Below, piece after piece: positions 1-10,150 of a stretch of DNA of 64,000 nucleotides. The notes beneath the pieces were generated by a model. The model saw only the letters and a program-made list of their open reading frames with translations. It made no database searches and had not been told where the DNA came from. Location: NCBI GenBank assembly GCA_965249275.1, contig CBDFLQ010000006.1, positions 672,001 through 736,000 of the forward strand, read 5' to 3'. The stretch's first letter is position 1. The number at the start of each line of letters is the position of its first letter. The DNA comes from Dehalococcoidia bacterium (GTDB taxonomy: Bacteria; Chloroflexota; Dehalococcoidia; Plut-88900). Made by a program: the position numbers and the translations under genes.

Positions 1-1451
1 GCGTCACCGTAGACGGTGCGGAAGAAGCTGGGGAAGGGCCGTTTGATTACAAGAAATCCACCCTTGTCGGGCTCCGTGATCGGCACGCCCTCCCTGTCCA
101 CAATATCCATCTCGACCCCCGGCAGCGGCCTCCCGACTCGGCCCGGCTTCACTTTCATGATCGGCATGGTCCCCAGGCACGGGCCGCCCGTCTCCGTCTG
201 CCACCAGTTATCGACGATATAGCCCCACTCTCCATTCCCGCACAGGTGCTCGTAGGCCCACTTCTGGGCCTCGGGGTTCAGGGGTTCGCCGGCACAGGTC
301 AGCAGGCGAAGGGAGCGAAGGTCGTAGTTTTTGGCATAGTGCTCGCCGTAGCGCATCAACATCCTTAACACGGTGGGAGCGGTGAACATGACGTTGACGC
401 CATATTTTTCGATGACGTTGTAGAAGGCGCCGGGGTCTGGGTAGTCGGGTGCCCCTTCCTTGAACACCGTAGTCGCCCCGTACAGAAGCGGCGCATACAC
501 GATGTAGCTGTGCCCCACAACCCACCCGATGTCCGACGTGCACCAGTAGACGTCGTCCTCTTTCATGTCCCAGAAGGCCCGGAAGTGGTAATACGTCCCG
601 ACCATGAAACCGCCGTGTACGTGGAGCACACCCTTGGGCTTCCCCGTAGTGCCGCTTGTGTAGAGGATGAAAAGGGGGTCTTCGGCGTTCATCACCTCGG
701 GTTCGCAGTCGACACCCCCGCTGGCCAGAAGCTCATCGAAGTCGACCTCTTTCTCCATCAGGGGTGTGTCCTTCGTCTCCCGACGCCACACCACGATGTG
801 CTTCAGATGGTCGATGTCTTTCGATGCTTCGTCGCTTATGCCTTTGAGGTCGACGGGCTTGCCACGCCTGTATCCGAAGTCCGCGGTTATCACTACCTTA
901 GCCTCTGCATCTAGAATTCTCTGACGCAGCGCCCCGACGCTGAATCCCGCGTACACCACGCTATGCACCGCCCCAATCCGGGCGCAGGCCAGCATGGATA
1001 TCGCTCCCTCGGAAGTCAGTGGCATGTATATGATCACCTTGTCGCCCTTCCCGACCCCCAGGCTCCTCAGCCCATTGGCCATCCGGTTGACCAACTGGGC
1101 AAGCCGCCCGTAGGTGAGCACCTTCTCCGACCCGTCCTCCCCTATCCACACGAAGGCCGCCTTATTTTTGCGGCCGTCTTTCAGATGCCGGTCCAGGCAG
1201 TTGTAAGTTATGTTGCATTCGCCGTCCGGGAACCACTTGAAGTTGGGGTAGTCCCATTCGAAAACCCGGGTCCAGGGTTTGTACCAGTCCAGCTCCGACG
1301 CCACCTCCGACCAGAACCCCTCAGGGTCTTCCGTGGAGCGTTTGTACTCGCTTTCGTAGTCCTGAATGTTGGCGTTTTCAACCAGCCAGGCAGGCGGCTC
1401 TATCTCGCTCGTCTCCTGCAGCAGATGGTCGATCTGTCTTTGCTCTACCAC
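1..1451 (-). CDS. acs: Acetyl-CoA synthetase (partial, runs off left edge; not in ORF track)
   Basis: Manual translation from GTG at 1451 gives MVEQRQIDHLL..., with EDPLFILYTSGTTGKPKGVLHVHGG, YWCTSDIGWVVGHSYIVYAPL, CAGEPLNPEA and DNWWQTETG, the typical acetate-CoA ligase motifs. Confidence 0.92.
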   Translation of the reverse strand, partial: MVEQRQIDHLLQETSEIEPPAWLVENANIQDYESEYKRSTEDPEGFWSEVASELDWYKPWTRVFEWDYPNFKWFPDGECNITYNCLDRHLKDGRKNKAAFVWIGEDGSEKVLTYGRLAQLVNRMANGLRSLGVGKGDKVIIYMPLTSEGAISMLACARIGAVHSVVYAGFSVGALRQRILDAEAKVVITADFGYRRGKPVDLKGISDEASKDIDHLKHIVVWRRETKDTPLMEKEVDFDELLASGGVDCEPEVMNAEDPLFILYTSGTTGKPKGVLHVHGGFMVGTYYHFRAFWDMKEDDVYWCTSDIGWVVGHSYIVYAPLLYGATTVFKEGAPDYPDPGAFYNVIEKYGVNVMFTAPTVLRMLMRYGEHYAKNYDLRSLRLLTCAGEPLNPEAQKWAYEHLCGNGEWGYIVDNWWQTETGGPCLGTMPIMKVKPGRVGRPLPGVEMDIVDREGVPITEPDKGGFLVIKRPFPSFFRTVYGD

Positions 1452-1616
1452 AATCTCTCTCCCGTTCAGGCAGGATTAAAAGGGCCTTAAAAAGGCCGCA
1501 AAAGAGTCCGTGACATGTTAGCAGTTATCAGAGGTGCGCGAAACGGGCAGGACTACCGCCCCCCGCCCCACTACTGCTAATATGTCCCCGCAACCCAACA
1601 AATCCAGGAGACCGTA

Positions 1617-2573
1617 ATGACCAATAAAAACATAGGAATTGTTAACGTACCCGGCGACCCCCGAGCTATCGTGGACGGCATCAAGGAACTCGAAAATGCC
1701 GGAATCCCCGCCATCTGGCTCACCACCGGCGCCCCCGGAGCCGACGCCCTTACCATCTTCTCCGCCGCCGCTGCCATCACTGACACCATAAAGATGGGCA
1801 CTGCCATAACCCCCACCTGGGGCCAGCACCCGGTCTATTCCGTCCAACAGATCCAGGTCATCGCCAACCTGGCGCCCGGCAGGCTCCGGTTCGGAGTAGG
1901 GCCAAGCGGCAAGGGCGGGATGATCAAGACCTACGGCGCCGACTTCCGGCAGCCCGTGACGAACATGCGGGAGTACATCCAGGTAGCCAAGTCGCTGCTT
2001 CAGAATGGAGAGGTCAATTTCGATGGAAGCCAGTACCGGGCCCGAGCCAGGATCAGCCCCTCCATACCAGACGTCCCGGTCATCGGCTCGGCCTTGGGCA
2101 CGGGTGCATTCCGAGCCTGCGGAGAGGTCGCCGACGGTGCGATAAGCTGGCTCTGCCCGCCTCCCTACCTCAAGAACTACGCCAGCCCAGCTCTCGAAGA
2201 AGGGGCCCGCAACGCAGGCCGCCCCACCCCACCCCTCTTCGCCCATTTCGTCACCTGCCTTCACGAAGACATCGACGAAGTGCGCGCCGCCGTCCGGCAG
2301 GACTTCACCTACTTCGCCTCCGCCGAGTTCTACATCAACATGTTCGCAGCCGCCGGGTTCCCGGGAATCAGCAGTGAGAGCGGCCTTTCGGACGAACTGA
2401 TCGACTCCTTTACTTTCTACGGCGACCAGAACGCCATCGCATCCAGTATCCAAGGGCTATTTGATGACGGTGCCGACGAAGTCTACGCATCCATCGTCAC
2501 CCCGGGCCCCGACGCCACAGCTTCCAGGCAGCGCACCGTCGCCGCCCTCAGCGAGATCAACAAGAGCCTATAG
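1617..2573 (+). CDS. LLM-class (luciferase-like) flavin/F420-dependent oxidoreductase
   Basis: 318 aa; IKMGTAITPTW..HP, GRLRFGVGPS, GEVADG motifs. Confidence 0.85.
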   Translation: MTNKNIGIVNVPGDPRAIVDGIKELENAGIPAIWLTTGAPGADALTIFSAAAAITDTIKMGTAITPTWGQHPVYSVQQIQVIANLAPGRLRFGVGPSGKGGMIKTYGADFRQPVTNMREYIQVAKSLLQNGEVNFDGSQYRARARISPSIPDVPVIGSALGTGAFRACGEVADGAISWLCPPPYLKNYASPALEEGARNAGRPTPPLFAHFVTCLHEDIDEVRAAVRQDFTYFASAEFYINMFAAAGFPGISSESGLSDELIDSFTFYGDQNAIASSIQGLFDDGADEVYASIVTPGPDATASRQRTVAALSEINKSL

Positions 2574-2636
2574 ACGAGCCCGGTCAGATAACAGGCGGGA
2601 GTCGGGAGCCTAATCCACAGAGGAAGGAGGCATCTC

Positions 2637-4292
2637 ATGGCCGAATCACCCATGAACATGCAGGACTACGAAGAGACCTACGCCTCCTTCCGACTGGACG
2701 TGCCGGAGTTCTACAACTTCGCCTTCGACGTGGTCGACAAGTGGGCCGAGGACCGCACCAAGCTCGCCCTTCTGACTATCGATTCCGAAGGCGAAACCGC
2801 CGAGCACCACACCTTCTGGGACCTGAAAGTGCAGTCCAACCGGTTCGCCAACATCCTCCGGGCCCAGGGTATTAAGAAAGGCGACCGTGCCTTCCTCATG
2901 CTCCCACGCAACCCCGAGTGGTACGTCGCGCTTCTCGGAATGATCAAGCTCGGGGTGCTGCCGATGCCCGCTACCACTATGTGCACCCCCAAGGACATCG
3001 AGTACCGGATCAACGCCTCCGACGCCGCCATAGTCATAACGGACGTCGAGAACGCTTCGAAGGTAGACCAGGTCGCCGGACAATGCCCTTCTCTCAAGTG
3101 CCTGATGACCACCCGCGGCAGTAGGACCGGCTGGCTCTCCTATGACGACGAGATGGCCCAGGCCTCACCTTATCTCGAAGATGTCAAGCCCACCCGCAGT
3201 GACGACCCGCTCATGGTCTATTTCACCTCCGGCACCGTGGGCTACCCCAAGATGGTTCTCCACACCCAGGCTTCATACGGAATTGCCCACGTCATCACCG
3301 CCAAGTTCTGGCACGACCTCCGCTCCACCGACATGCAGTGGACCATCTCCGACACCGGGTGGGCCAAGACCGCATATGGCAAGCTCTTCGGTCAGTGGAC
3401 CCAGGGGGCGGCGGTAGTCCAGCATGACGCCAAGGGCCGCTTCGACCCCAAGGTGACCCTCAACATCCTCGGCAAGTTCGGCATCACCTCCTTCTGCGCC
3501 CCGCCGACGGTCTATCGCCTCCTGGTCCTCGAAGACCTGCAGAAGTACGACCTGTCCGGCCTGCGGCACTGCACCAGCGCCGGCGAGCCGCTTAACCCGG
3601 AGGTCATCAAGCAGTGGCAGGACGGCACGGGCCTCACCATCTACGACGGATATGGTCAGACCGAGTCGGTCCTTCTCGTCGGCAACTACCGGTGCATGCC
3701 CGTCATCCCCGGCTCGATGGGCAAGCCGACGCCCGGCTTCCTGGTTTCCATTGTCAACGAAGAGGGTGTCGAGCTTCCGACTGGAGAGGAAGGCCAAATA
3801 GCCGTGCGCGTCAAACCGGAACGACCCGTCGGGCTGTTCCGGGAGTACTGGCGCAACGAAGAGACCACCCGGGGCGTCTTCCTGGGAGACTGGTACTACA
3901 CCGGAGACAAGGCCTACAAGGACGAGAACGGATACTACTATTTCGTAGGTCGGGCCGACGATGTGATAATCTCCGCCGGTTACCGCATCGGCCCCTTTGA
4001 GGTCGAGAGTGCGCTTATAGAGCATCCGGCAGTCGCAGAATCCGCGGTCGTGGCCAGTCCTCACCCCGTGCGCGGCGATATAGTCAAAGCCTTCGTAATC
4101 CTGAGCCCCGGCCACATCCCCTCCGACGAGCTGGTAATCAGCCTCCAGGACCACGTCAAGCAGTCCACCGCTCCCTATAAATATCCTCGTGAAATAGAGT
4201 TCGTCACCGAGCTTCCCAAGACCATCAGCGGCAAAATCCGCCGCGTCGAGCTCCGGCAACGTGAGCTCCAGCGCTATGCCAAAGATGCCTAG
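2637..4292 (+). CDS. Medium-chain acyl-CoA synthetase (AMP-binding)
   Basis: YFTSGTVGYPK, YGQTE, GRADD, PKTISGKIRR motifs; AGGAGG RBS. Confidence 0.92.
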   Translation: MAESPMNMQDYEETYASFRLDVPEFYNFAFDVVDKWAEDRTKLALLTIDSEGETAEHHTFWDLKVQSNRFANILRAQGIKKGDRAFLMLPRNPEWYVALLGMIKLGVLPMPATTMCTPKDIEYRINASDAAIVITDVENASKVDQVAGQCPSLKCLMTTRGSRTGWLSYDDEMAQASPYLEDVKPTRSDDPLMVYFTSGTVGYPKMVLHTQASYGIAHVITAKFWHDLRSTDMQWTISDTGWAKTAYGKLFGQWTQGAAVVQHDAKGRFDPKVTLNILGKFGITSFCAPPTVYRLLVLEDLQKYDLSGLRHCTSAGEPLNPEVIKQWQDGTGLTIYDGYGQTESVLLVGNYRCMPVIPGSMGKPTPGFLVSIVNEEGVELPTGEEGQIAVRVKPERPVGLFREYWRNEETTRGVFLGDWYYTGDKAYKDENGYYYFVGRADDVIISAGYRIGPFEVESALIEHPAVAESAVVASPHPVRGDIVKAFVILSPGHIPSDELVISLQDHVKQSTAPYKYPREIEFVTELPKTISGKIRRVELRQRELQRYAKDA

Positions 4293-4340
4293 CCTTCTAA
4301 ATTGGCCCTATAGTCTCTTCGTGCAAGCCGGGAGAACAAC

Positions 4341-5588
4341 ATGACCTCCGACACCAGTCCCCTAGTGCCCGAGACTTTCGGCCCTCTCCAGGGCGTCAAG
4401 ATCCTGTCCAGCGGCACCATCATTGCGCAGCCCTTCGCCGCCCTTCTCGCCGCCGAAATGGGCGCGGAGGTCATCCAGATAGAGCGCCCCGGCCAGGGAG
4501 ACCTCGTGTGGCGCAACCTGGAATTCCCCATCGAAGGGCCCGGCGGGGCAAAGGTAGCCAGTGCATGGGTGCAGGAACGGCGCAACATGTTCCACGTCTC
4601 CCTGGACCTGTCACAGCCCAGGGGCAAGGAACTCTTTCTTCAGCTCGCCGCCCGGTCCGACATCTGGATGGAGTCCTCCAAGCCCGGCGCCTACCAGAAG
4701 TGGGGCCTGGACGACGAAACCGTTCTGAAGGCCAACCCGAAGCTCGTCATATGTCATGTGTCGGGCTATGGCCAAGAGGGTCATCCCGACTACCTAGGCC
4801 GCGCTTCCTATGACTTCGTTGGCCAGGGCTTCGGAGGCATGATGCACCTCACCGGATTCCCGGAACCCGAGCCTCCCGTCCGTGCCGTCCCCTGGACCGC
4901 CGACTACATCACCGCCGGCTTCTGTCTCTGGTCTTCCCTCGCTGGATACATCCACGCCCAGCGCACAGGGCAGGGGCAGGTTATCGACCTCGCCCAGTAC
5001 GAGGCCATCCACAAGACCCTCGCAGGGACTATGGTCGCCTACTACGAGATGGGTCTGAACCGAGGCCGCTCCGGCAACAAGGCCGGCCTCTTCCAGCCAT
5101 ACGACGTGTTCCATGCCAAGGACGGCTGGGTCATCATCGCCGCCGTGGGCACTCCCTACGACCGCGTGTGCGGCGTGCTGGGCCTCGACCCGAAAGAAGA
5201 GAAGTGGCAGAAGGCCCACCAGGGTGTCTACACCCCCGAGGGCCTGGAGTTCGACGCCATCCTCCGCGCCTGGGCAGAAGAACGCACCGTCCAGCAGATA
5301 GTCGACACTATGAACGAGGCCCAGGTCGCTGCCTGTCCAATCATGACCCCCGAGGACACAGCCAAAGACCCTCACTACGAGTTGCGGGACATGCACGTGG
5401 AGTGGGAAGACGTTCAACTTGGCCGCAAGGTCAAGGGCACGGGGGTCGTGCCCAAATTCTCGGAGACGCCGGGCAAGATCTGGCGTGGGTCCGTGGGTCT
5501 GGGCCACGACAACGAGCTCATCTTCTCCAAGCTGCTGGACCTCAGTTCCGATGAAATTGCGGCCCTAAAACAGGAAGGTATAACTTAG
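4341..5588 (+). CDS. Family III CoA-transferase (CaiB/BaiF)
   Basis: GPLQGVKIL..IAQPFAALLAAEMGAEVIQIE; VSGYGQEG; WTADY catalytic Asp region. Confidence 0.9.
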   Translation: MTSDTSPLVPETFGPLQGVKILSSGTIIAQPFAALLAAEMGAEVIQIERPGQGDLVWRNLEFPIEGPGGAKVASAWVQERRNMFHVSLDLSQPRGKELFLQLAARSDIWMESSKPGAYQKWGLDDETVLKANPKLVICHVSGYGQEGHPDYLGRASYDFVGQGFGGMMHLTGFPEPEPPVRAVPWTADYITAGFCLWSSLAGYIHAQRTGQGQVIDLAQYEAIHKTLAGTMVAYYEMGLNRGRSGNKAGLFQPYDVFHAKDGWVIIAAVGTPYDRVCGVLGLDPKEEKWQKAHQGVYTPEGLEFDAILRAWAEERTVQQIVDTMNEAQVAACPIMTPEDTAKDPHYELRDMHVEWEDVQLGRKVKGTGVVPKFSETPGKIWRGSVGLGHDNELIFSKLLDLSSDEIAALKQEGIT

Positions 5589-5596
5589 GACTTACC

Positions 5597-6358
5597 ATGC
5601 CGGACGCCACCCGACTCGACAATCAAGTTGCCATAGTCACCGGCGCCGCCCGAGGCATAGGCCGGGGCATCGCCCTCGTCCTCGCCGAGGCCGGAGCTTC
5701 TATAGTCATCGGTGACCTTTTGGACTCCTCGGAGACCGTTCGCTTAGTTGAAGACCTCGAGGGAAAGGCTGTCTCCATGCAGATGGACACCAGCCGCCCT
5801 CAGGACGCTCAGGCCCTAGTAGACCTTGCCCTTAACACCTTCGGACGGCTGGACATTCTGGTCAACGACGCCGGCATCGACGCTCCAGACGGAAACGCCT
5901 GGGACCTCCCCGACGAGCAGTGGACGCGGGTCATAGACGTGAATCTGAGCGGCGTCTTCTACTGCTCCAAGGCCGCCCTCCAACCCATGCTCAAAGCAGG
6001 CCAGGGCGCCATCGTCAACATCAGCTCCCAGTCGGCGCGCATCGGCTCCCAGGGCATGTCCCCCGCTTACAACACTTCAAAAGCGGGAGTGCTCGGCCTG
6101 ACCATGGCCTTCTCCGCCCAAGTGGCCGACAAAGGAGTGCGGGTCAATGCGGTAACCCCCGGCCTCGTGCGTTCCAAAGAGTTTGGCTGGTCGAAAGAAG
6201 AGGACGATGGGAAGACCGCCGAATACCCCCTGGGCCTCGGAGCGCCGAAGGACATCGGCGAAGCGGTCAGATATCTGGCCAGCCCCGCGTCCCGATGGGT
6301 ATCGGGGACTGCATTGCACATCTCGGGCGGATATCAAAAAGGTTCTAGCTGGTTCTAG
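5597..6358 (+). CDS. SDR family oxidoreductase
   Basis: TGAARGIG and YNTSK motifs. Confidence 0.9.
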   Translation: MPDATRLDNQVAIVTGAARGIGRGIALVLAEAGASIVIGDLLDSSETVRLVEDLEGKAVSMQMDTSRPQDAQALVDLALNTFGRLDILVNDAGIDAPDGNAWDLPDEQWTRVIDVNLSGVFYCSKAALQPMLKAGQGAIVNISSQSARIGSQGMSPAYNTSKAGVLGLTMAFSAQVADKGVRVNAVTPGLVRSKEFGWSKEEDDGKTAEYPLGLGAPKDIGEAVRYLASPASRWVSGTALHISGGYQKGSSWF

Positions 6359-6387
6359 CCACTCCACACCACCAAGGAAATCACACC

Positions 6388-7362
6388 ATGACAACCTCGT
6401 TCCCTAGCAAGGACTCACTCCGCATCTGCTTCGCCCACGTCGCCTACGCCCTCTCCGAAACCCTCCAAAAGCGCAACACCGGTATCTCCAGCTTCCAGGT
6501 ATGGGACGCTGACTCCCTCAAAGCCCGCTCCGACTATGATGTTCTTGTAATCTCCGGACTCTGGAACAACGACATCCTGGCCACCGCCTCCTACCTCCGC
6601 TTCCTACAGTCCATAGGCGCGGGCTACGACCAGTTCCCGCTTGACGAGCTCCGCAGCCGGGGTATCCGACTAGCCAACGCCAGCGGCGTCAACAAGAACG
6701 CCGTCAGCGAGCACACCTTCTCCCTCATCCTGTCCCTGACCCGACACCTGAAGTCGGGAGCCAAGCACCAGCGGGACCACTTCTGGCGGGGCATGATCTC
6801 CGAGATTCCGAAACGGGAAGACGAGCTTGCGGGGAAGACAATGGGAATCGTCGGGATGGGGGCTATCGGGTCCCGGGTTGCCAAAATAGCCAAGGCTTTC
6901 GACATGACGGTGCTCGCCACCAAGCGAAACCCCGCCACCGCCCAGGGCCCCGCCGACAAGGTCGTCACCCCTGATCGAGTTGACGAACTCCTCTCCGAAT
7001 CCGACTTTCTCGTGCTCACCTGCTCCCTGAACGACCAAACCCGCGGCCTCATCAACGCCGACTCCCTCTCCCGCATGAAGCCCACAGCCTGTCTCATCAA
7101 CATGGCCCGGGGTGGGTGTGTCGACGAAGGAGCCTTGGTGGACGCCCTGAATAGCGGCGTTATCGCCGGCGCAGGTCTGGACGTCGTTGACCAGGAACCC
7201 CTCCCCGACGATAGTCCCTTGTGGGACATGGACAACGTGGTCCTCACTCCCCACACCGGCGGCGAGACCCAGGCCTACGAGGACAACGTCATCGACATCC
7301 TCCTCGAAAACGTCAACCGCCTCACCTCCGGCCAATCCAACCTCTTCAATCAAGTCCTTTAG
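6388..7362 (+). CDS. D-2-hydroxyacid dehydrogenase
   Basis: GIVGMGAIG, INMARG, LDVVDQEP, TPHTGG motifs. Confidence 0.9.
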   Translation: MTTSFPSKDSLRICFAHVAYALSETLQKRNTGISSFQVWDADSLKARSDYDVLVISGLWNNDILATASYLRFLQSIGAGYDQFPLDELRSRGIRLANASGVNKNAVSEHTFSLILSLTRHLKSGAKHQRDHFWRGMISEIPKREDELAGKTMGIVGMGAIGSRVAKIAKAFDMTVLATKRNPATAQGPADKVVTPDRVDELLSESDFLVLTCSLNDQTRGLINADSLSRMKPTACLINMARGGCVDEGALVDALNSGVIAGAGLDVVDQEPLPDDSPLWDMDNVVLTPHTGGETQAYEDNVIDILLENVNRLTSGQSNLFNQVL

Positions 7363-7383
7363 CGTCCAACTGACCCAAAAGAC

Positions 7384-7420
7384 AATCGGGGCGTCGGCTT
7401 TGCCGACGCCCCGATTTTTT
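7384..7420 (+). terminator. Rho-independent terminator
   Basis: AATCGGGGCGTCGGC-TTT-GCCGACGCCCCGATT perfect hairpin followed by a T-run, between convergent genes. Confidence 0.85.
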
Positions 7421-7444
7421 CCTAAGAAGAGTGTCGTTCCTGGG

Positions 7445-8059
7445 TTACTGGACAGGCGAGAAGGCGGACGGGAGCATGAATTTGGTATTCATCCCAACAA
7501 TGTGTCCTCCAATGGCCGGAGGCCAGTCTCCCGCTGCCACGGCCGCCGCCCGGGTCTCGGTCCGGTGGTTCATGTCGTTGTAGGGCCAGATGTGGATTAG
7601 CTTGTTGAGCAGGCCCATGTCCGTCGAACCGGCGAAGAACACGTCCGAATGCTTCCGTCTGTCCGGCAGCTTGGCCCTGAACGCTTCCATAATCTCCGGC
7701 ATGGAGCCGGGCGTGGCGTCGTAGTAGCGCATTTCGTAGAGAGGGCCGTAGTTGCCGGGCTCTATCGGCTTCTGGAATGGTCCGGGCACGACAATCTCGC
7801 TCTCCATCTTGACTATCAGGTGGCTGCCCTTGGGGGGCCAGTTGGGATTCGCTGCAGCGGCGGCCCGAATCTCTGACCTCTGCTGCACGTCTTCATAGCC
7901 CCATACGTGAATAACCTGGTTCAGTGGCCCGACCTCCGTGTGCCAGAAAGCAGCAAGCTTTGAATACTTCTCCCGATGGGGAAGTGCCTCGCCAAAGATT
8001 TCTTCGAACTTGGGGACACCCCCGGGCTTCAGGGTATAGGTGCGGAATTCGTAGATCAT
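7445..8059 (-). CDS. NIPSNAP family protein (two domains), copy 1
   Basis: MIYEFRTYTLKPG..WHTEVGPLNQVIHVWGY, repeated as LYEMRYY..NKLIHIWPY. Confidence 0.88.
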   Translation of the reverse strand: MIYEFRTYTLKPGGVPKFEEIFGEALPHREKYSKLAAFWHTEVGPLNQVIHVWGYEDVQQRSEIRAAAAANPNWPPKGSHLIVKMESEIVVPGPFQKPIEPGNYGPLYEMRYYDATPGSMPEIMEAFRAKLPDRRKHSDVFFAGSTDMGLLNKLIHIWPYNDMNHRTETRAAAVAAGDWPPAIGGHIVGMNTKFMLPSAFSPVQ

Positions 8060-8189
8060 TTTCTCCTCCAGAACGTTAGGCTAACGACACAGTACGCTGG
8101 TAGTTTATCAGAGAGGAATGTAACCGGGCCGAGGGCCGTATCCTAGGTCCGACTCTTCTTCGATAATGCTTAGAAGCTTCGTCCAAACC

Positions 8190-8807
8190 CTAATGTGCAG
8201 GCGAGAAGGAGGATGGCACCATGATCTTGTTGTTCATGGTAACAAGGAACTTCCCTGTCGCCGGGGGCCAGTCCCCCGCCGCGACCGACGCCGCCCGGGT
8301 CTCGGATCGGTGATTCAGGTCGTTGTAGGGCCAAATGTGAATCAGCTTATTCAGCGACCCCATATCCGTGTACCCGCAGAAGAACAGCGGCGAATACTTC
8401 AGCCTTCCGGGAAGTTTGGCGCCCCAGATATCCATGATCTCGGGCATGGATCCGGGCAGGGTGTCGTAGTAGCGCATCTCGTATACGTGGCCGTAGTTGC
8501 CGGGCTCTATAGGCTTCTGAAATGGCGCGGGGATGACGATCTCGGTCTCCATCTTCACGATATATGCGTCGTCGCCTGCTGGAGGCCAGTTCGGGTCTGC
8601 GGCAGCAGCGGCCCGGACCTCGGCCCTGTGCTTCATGTCGTCGTAGCCCCAGACGTGGATGATCTGGTTCAGAGGCCCGATATCCGTGTGCCAGCAGGCA
8701 GTGAGCTTGGAATACTTCTCCCTGTGGGGCAGGGCATTGGCGAAACTCTCCTCGAACTTGCCCATGCTTCCGACGGTCAAGGTGTACGTGCGAAATTCGT
8801 AGATCAT
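8190..8807 (-). CDS. NIPSNAP family protein, copy 2 (tandem paralog)
   Basis: Colinear and highly similar to 7445..8059. Confidence 0.88.
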   Translation of the reverse strand: MIYEFRTYTLTVGSMGKFEESFANALPHREKYSKLTACWHTDIGPLNQIIHVWGYDDMKHRAEVRAAAAADPNWPPAGDDAYIVKMETEIVIPAPFQKPIEPGNYGHVYEMRYYDTLPGSMPEIMDIWGAKLPGRLKYSPLFFCGYTDMGSLNKLIHIWPYNDLNHRSETRAASVAAGDWPPATGKFLVTMNNKIMVPSSFSPAH

Positions 8808-8921
8808 GGTTTCCTCCAGGGTGATTCGATAGAGACGCGTGACATGGGGAGTTTATCAGAAGGTGGCCTGGCTGGGCGGGTGGTAGAATCCGAGAATACG
8901 TAGCTAGTTTGGGAGAGATAT

Positions 8922-9692
8922 ATGTCCAAAGACCTGTTTGACCTATCGGGTAGGGTGGCCATCGTTACTGGGGCGTCCTCGGGGCTGGGGGTGACATTCG
9001 CCGAGACCCTCGCCGAGGCAGGGGCCGACGTCGTCATCTGCGCTCGTCGCCTGGAGAAGCTTGAGGAGACGGGTCGTAAGGTGCGGGAGCTCAGTGCCAG
9101 GTGCCTCGTCGTCCAGACAGATGTCACCAAGGGCGAGCAGGTCGACAACCTCGTCGAACGCACTGTGGAGACCTTCGGCAAGATCGACATCCTTGTAAAC
9201 AACGCCGGAGCCTTCTTCAAGGGCTCCAAAATCGCCGAAGACCTGGACTTCAATGCGGTACAAAAGGTGATGGAGGCGAACCTGACCAGCGCGGCCCTCT
9301 GCTCTCACCGTGCCGGACTGAAGATGCTCGACCAGGGCTACGGGCGGATCATCAACATCGCGTCGGTGCTGGGGGTGGTCGGGGGAGTGCCCGAGGACTA
9401 CTCCTACGCGTATTCCATCTCGAAGCACGGGATGGTGGGGCTGACCAAGGCCCTCGCCCTGCAATGGGCTAAGAAGGGGATCACAGCCAACGCCATCGGC
9501 CCCGCCTATTTCGAGACCGAGTTGACAGAGTTCCTCTCCGACGAGTTTGCCGGTCTCGCCGAACGCACGCCCATGGGCCGCATGGGCAAGCCCCAGGAAC
9601 TCAAGACCGCACTGCTCTTCCTCGCCGCCGAGACCTCCAGTTACATCACCGGCCAGACCATCCTAGTAGACGGCGGCTGGACGGTCTGGTAG
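8922..9692 (+). CDS. SDR family oxidoreductase (gluconate 5-dehydrogenase-like)
   Basis: TGASSGLG, NNAG, YSISK motifs. Confidence 0.9.
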   Translation: MSKDLFDLSGRVAIVTGASSGLGVTFAETLAEAGADVVICARRLEKLEETGRKVRELSARCLVVQTDVTKGEQVDNLVERTVETFGKIDILVNNAGAFFKGSKIAEDLDFNAVQKVMEANLTSAALCSHRAGLKMLDQGYGRIINIASVLGVVGGVPEDYSYAYSISKHGMVGLTKALALQWAKKGITANAIGPAYFETELTEFLSDEFAGLAERTPMGRMGKPQELKTALLFLAAETSSYITGQTILVDGGWTVW

Positions 9693-9745
9693 GGGGAGAT
9701 TACGGTGAAGCGGGACCGGAACACACCGGTTAGATAGAACCTTCA

Positions 9746-10012
9746 CTAAAGGCGAGAGTTGACCAGAGCTCTCGACTCGTGTTCGAGAACGGCCTCCACC
9801 TGCCATCTCTCGACACCCGGGAACCACTCAAGAAAGTCATTCACAGAGGCTCCAGCCATCAGATTCTCAAAAAGGGCGTGTACCGGCACCCGAGTACCGC
9901 GGAATACCCAAGCCCCGCTGACCTTACCGCTGTGCCGCTCGACGGCAGCGCAAGATCCCCAATAATCGTTGGCAATTGCGTGAGTGGGCATTGTTTCATC
10001 GCCGTTCTTCAT
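9746..10012 (-). CDS. DUF433 domain protein (putative antitoxin-like HTH)
   Basis: GKVSGAWVFRGTRVPV..LFENLMAGASVNDFLEWFP signature; ATG at 10012 lies 7 nt after a TATAAT (possibly leaderless); start uncertain. Confidence 0.8.
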   Translation of the reverse strand: MKNGDETMPTHAIANDYWGSCAAVERHSGKVSGAWVFRGTRVPVHALFENLMAGASVNDFLEWFPGVERWQVEAVLEHESRALVNSRL

Positions 10013-10090
10013 AAGACGATTATAGGTCGGTAAATTTGCCAGGGTCAACGAAGTGCCCATGGCATGCAACTGGCATAAAGCCCGTTACAA

Positions 10091-10135
10091 AGAGGGTGGC
10101 CCCGTCTAGCGGTGGGGCCACCCTTCTTTATTTCT
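10091..10135. terminator. Hairpin/terminator
   Basis: AGGGTGGCCCC..GGGGCCACCCT inverted repeat just downstream of the acyl-CoA dehydrogenase. Confidence 0.6.
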
Positions 10136-10150
10136 TATTAGAATGAGGCC

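Noticed and set aside
963-1490. Long + strand ORFs over acs and similar antisense ORFs (e.g. 1518..2453, 3273..4259, 14877..15932, 33928..35262)
   Set aside because: Shadow ORFs from high-GC codon bias opposite well-supported genes
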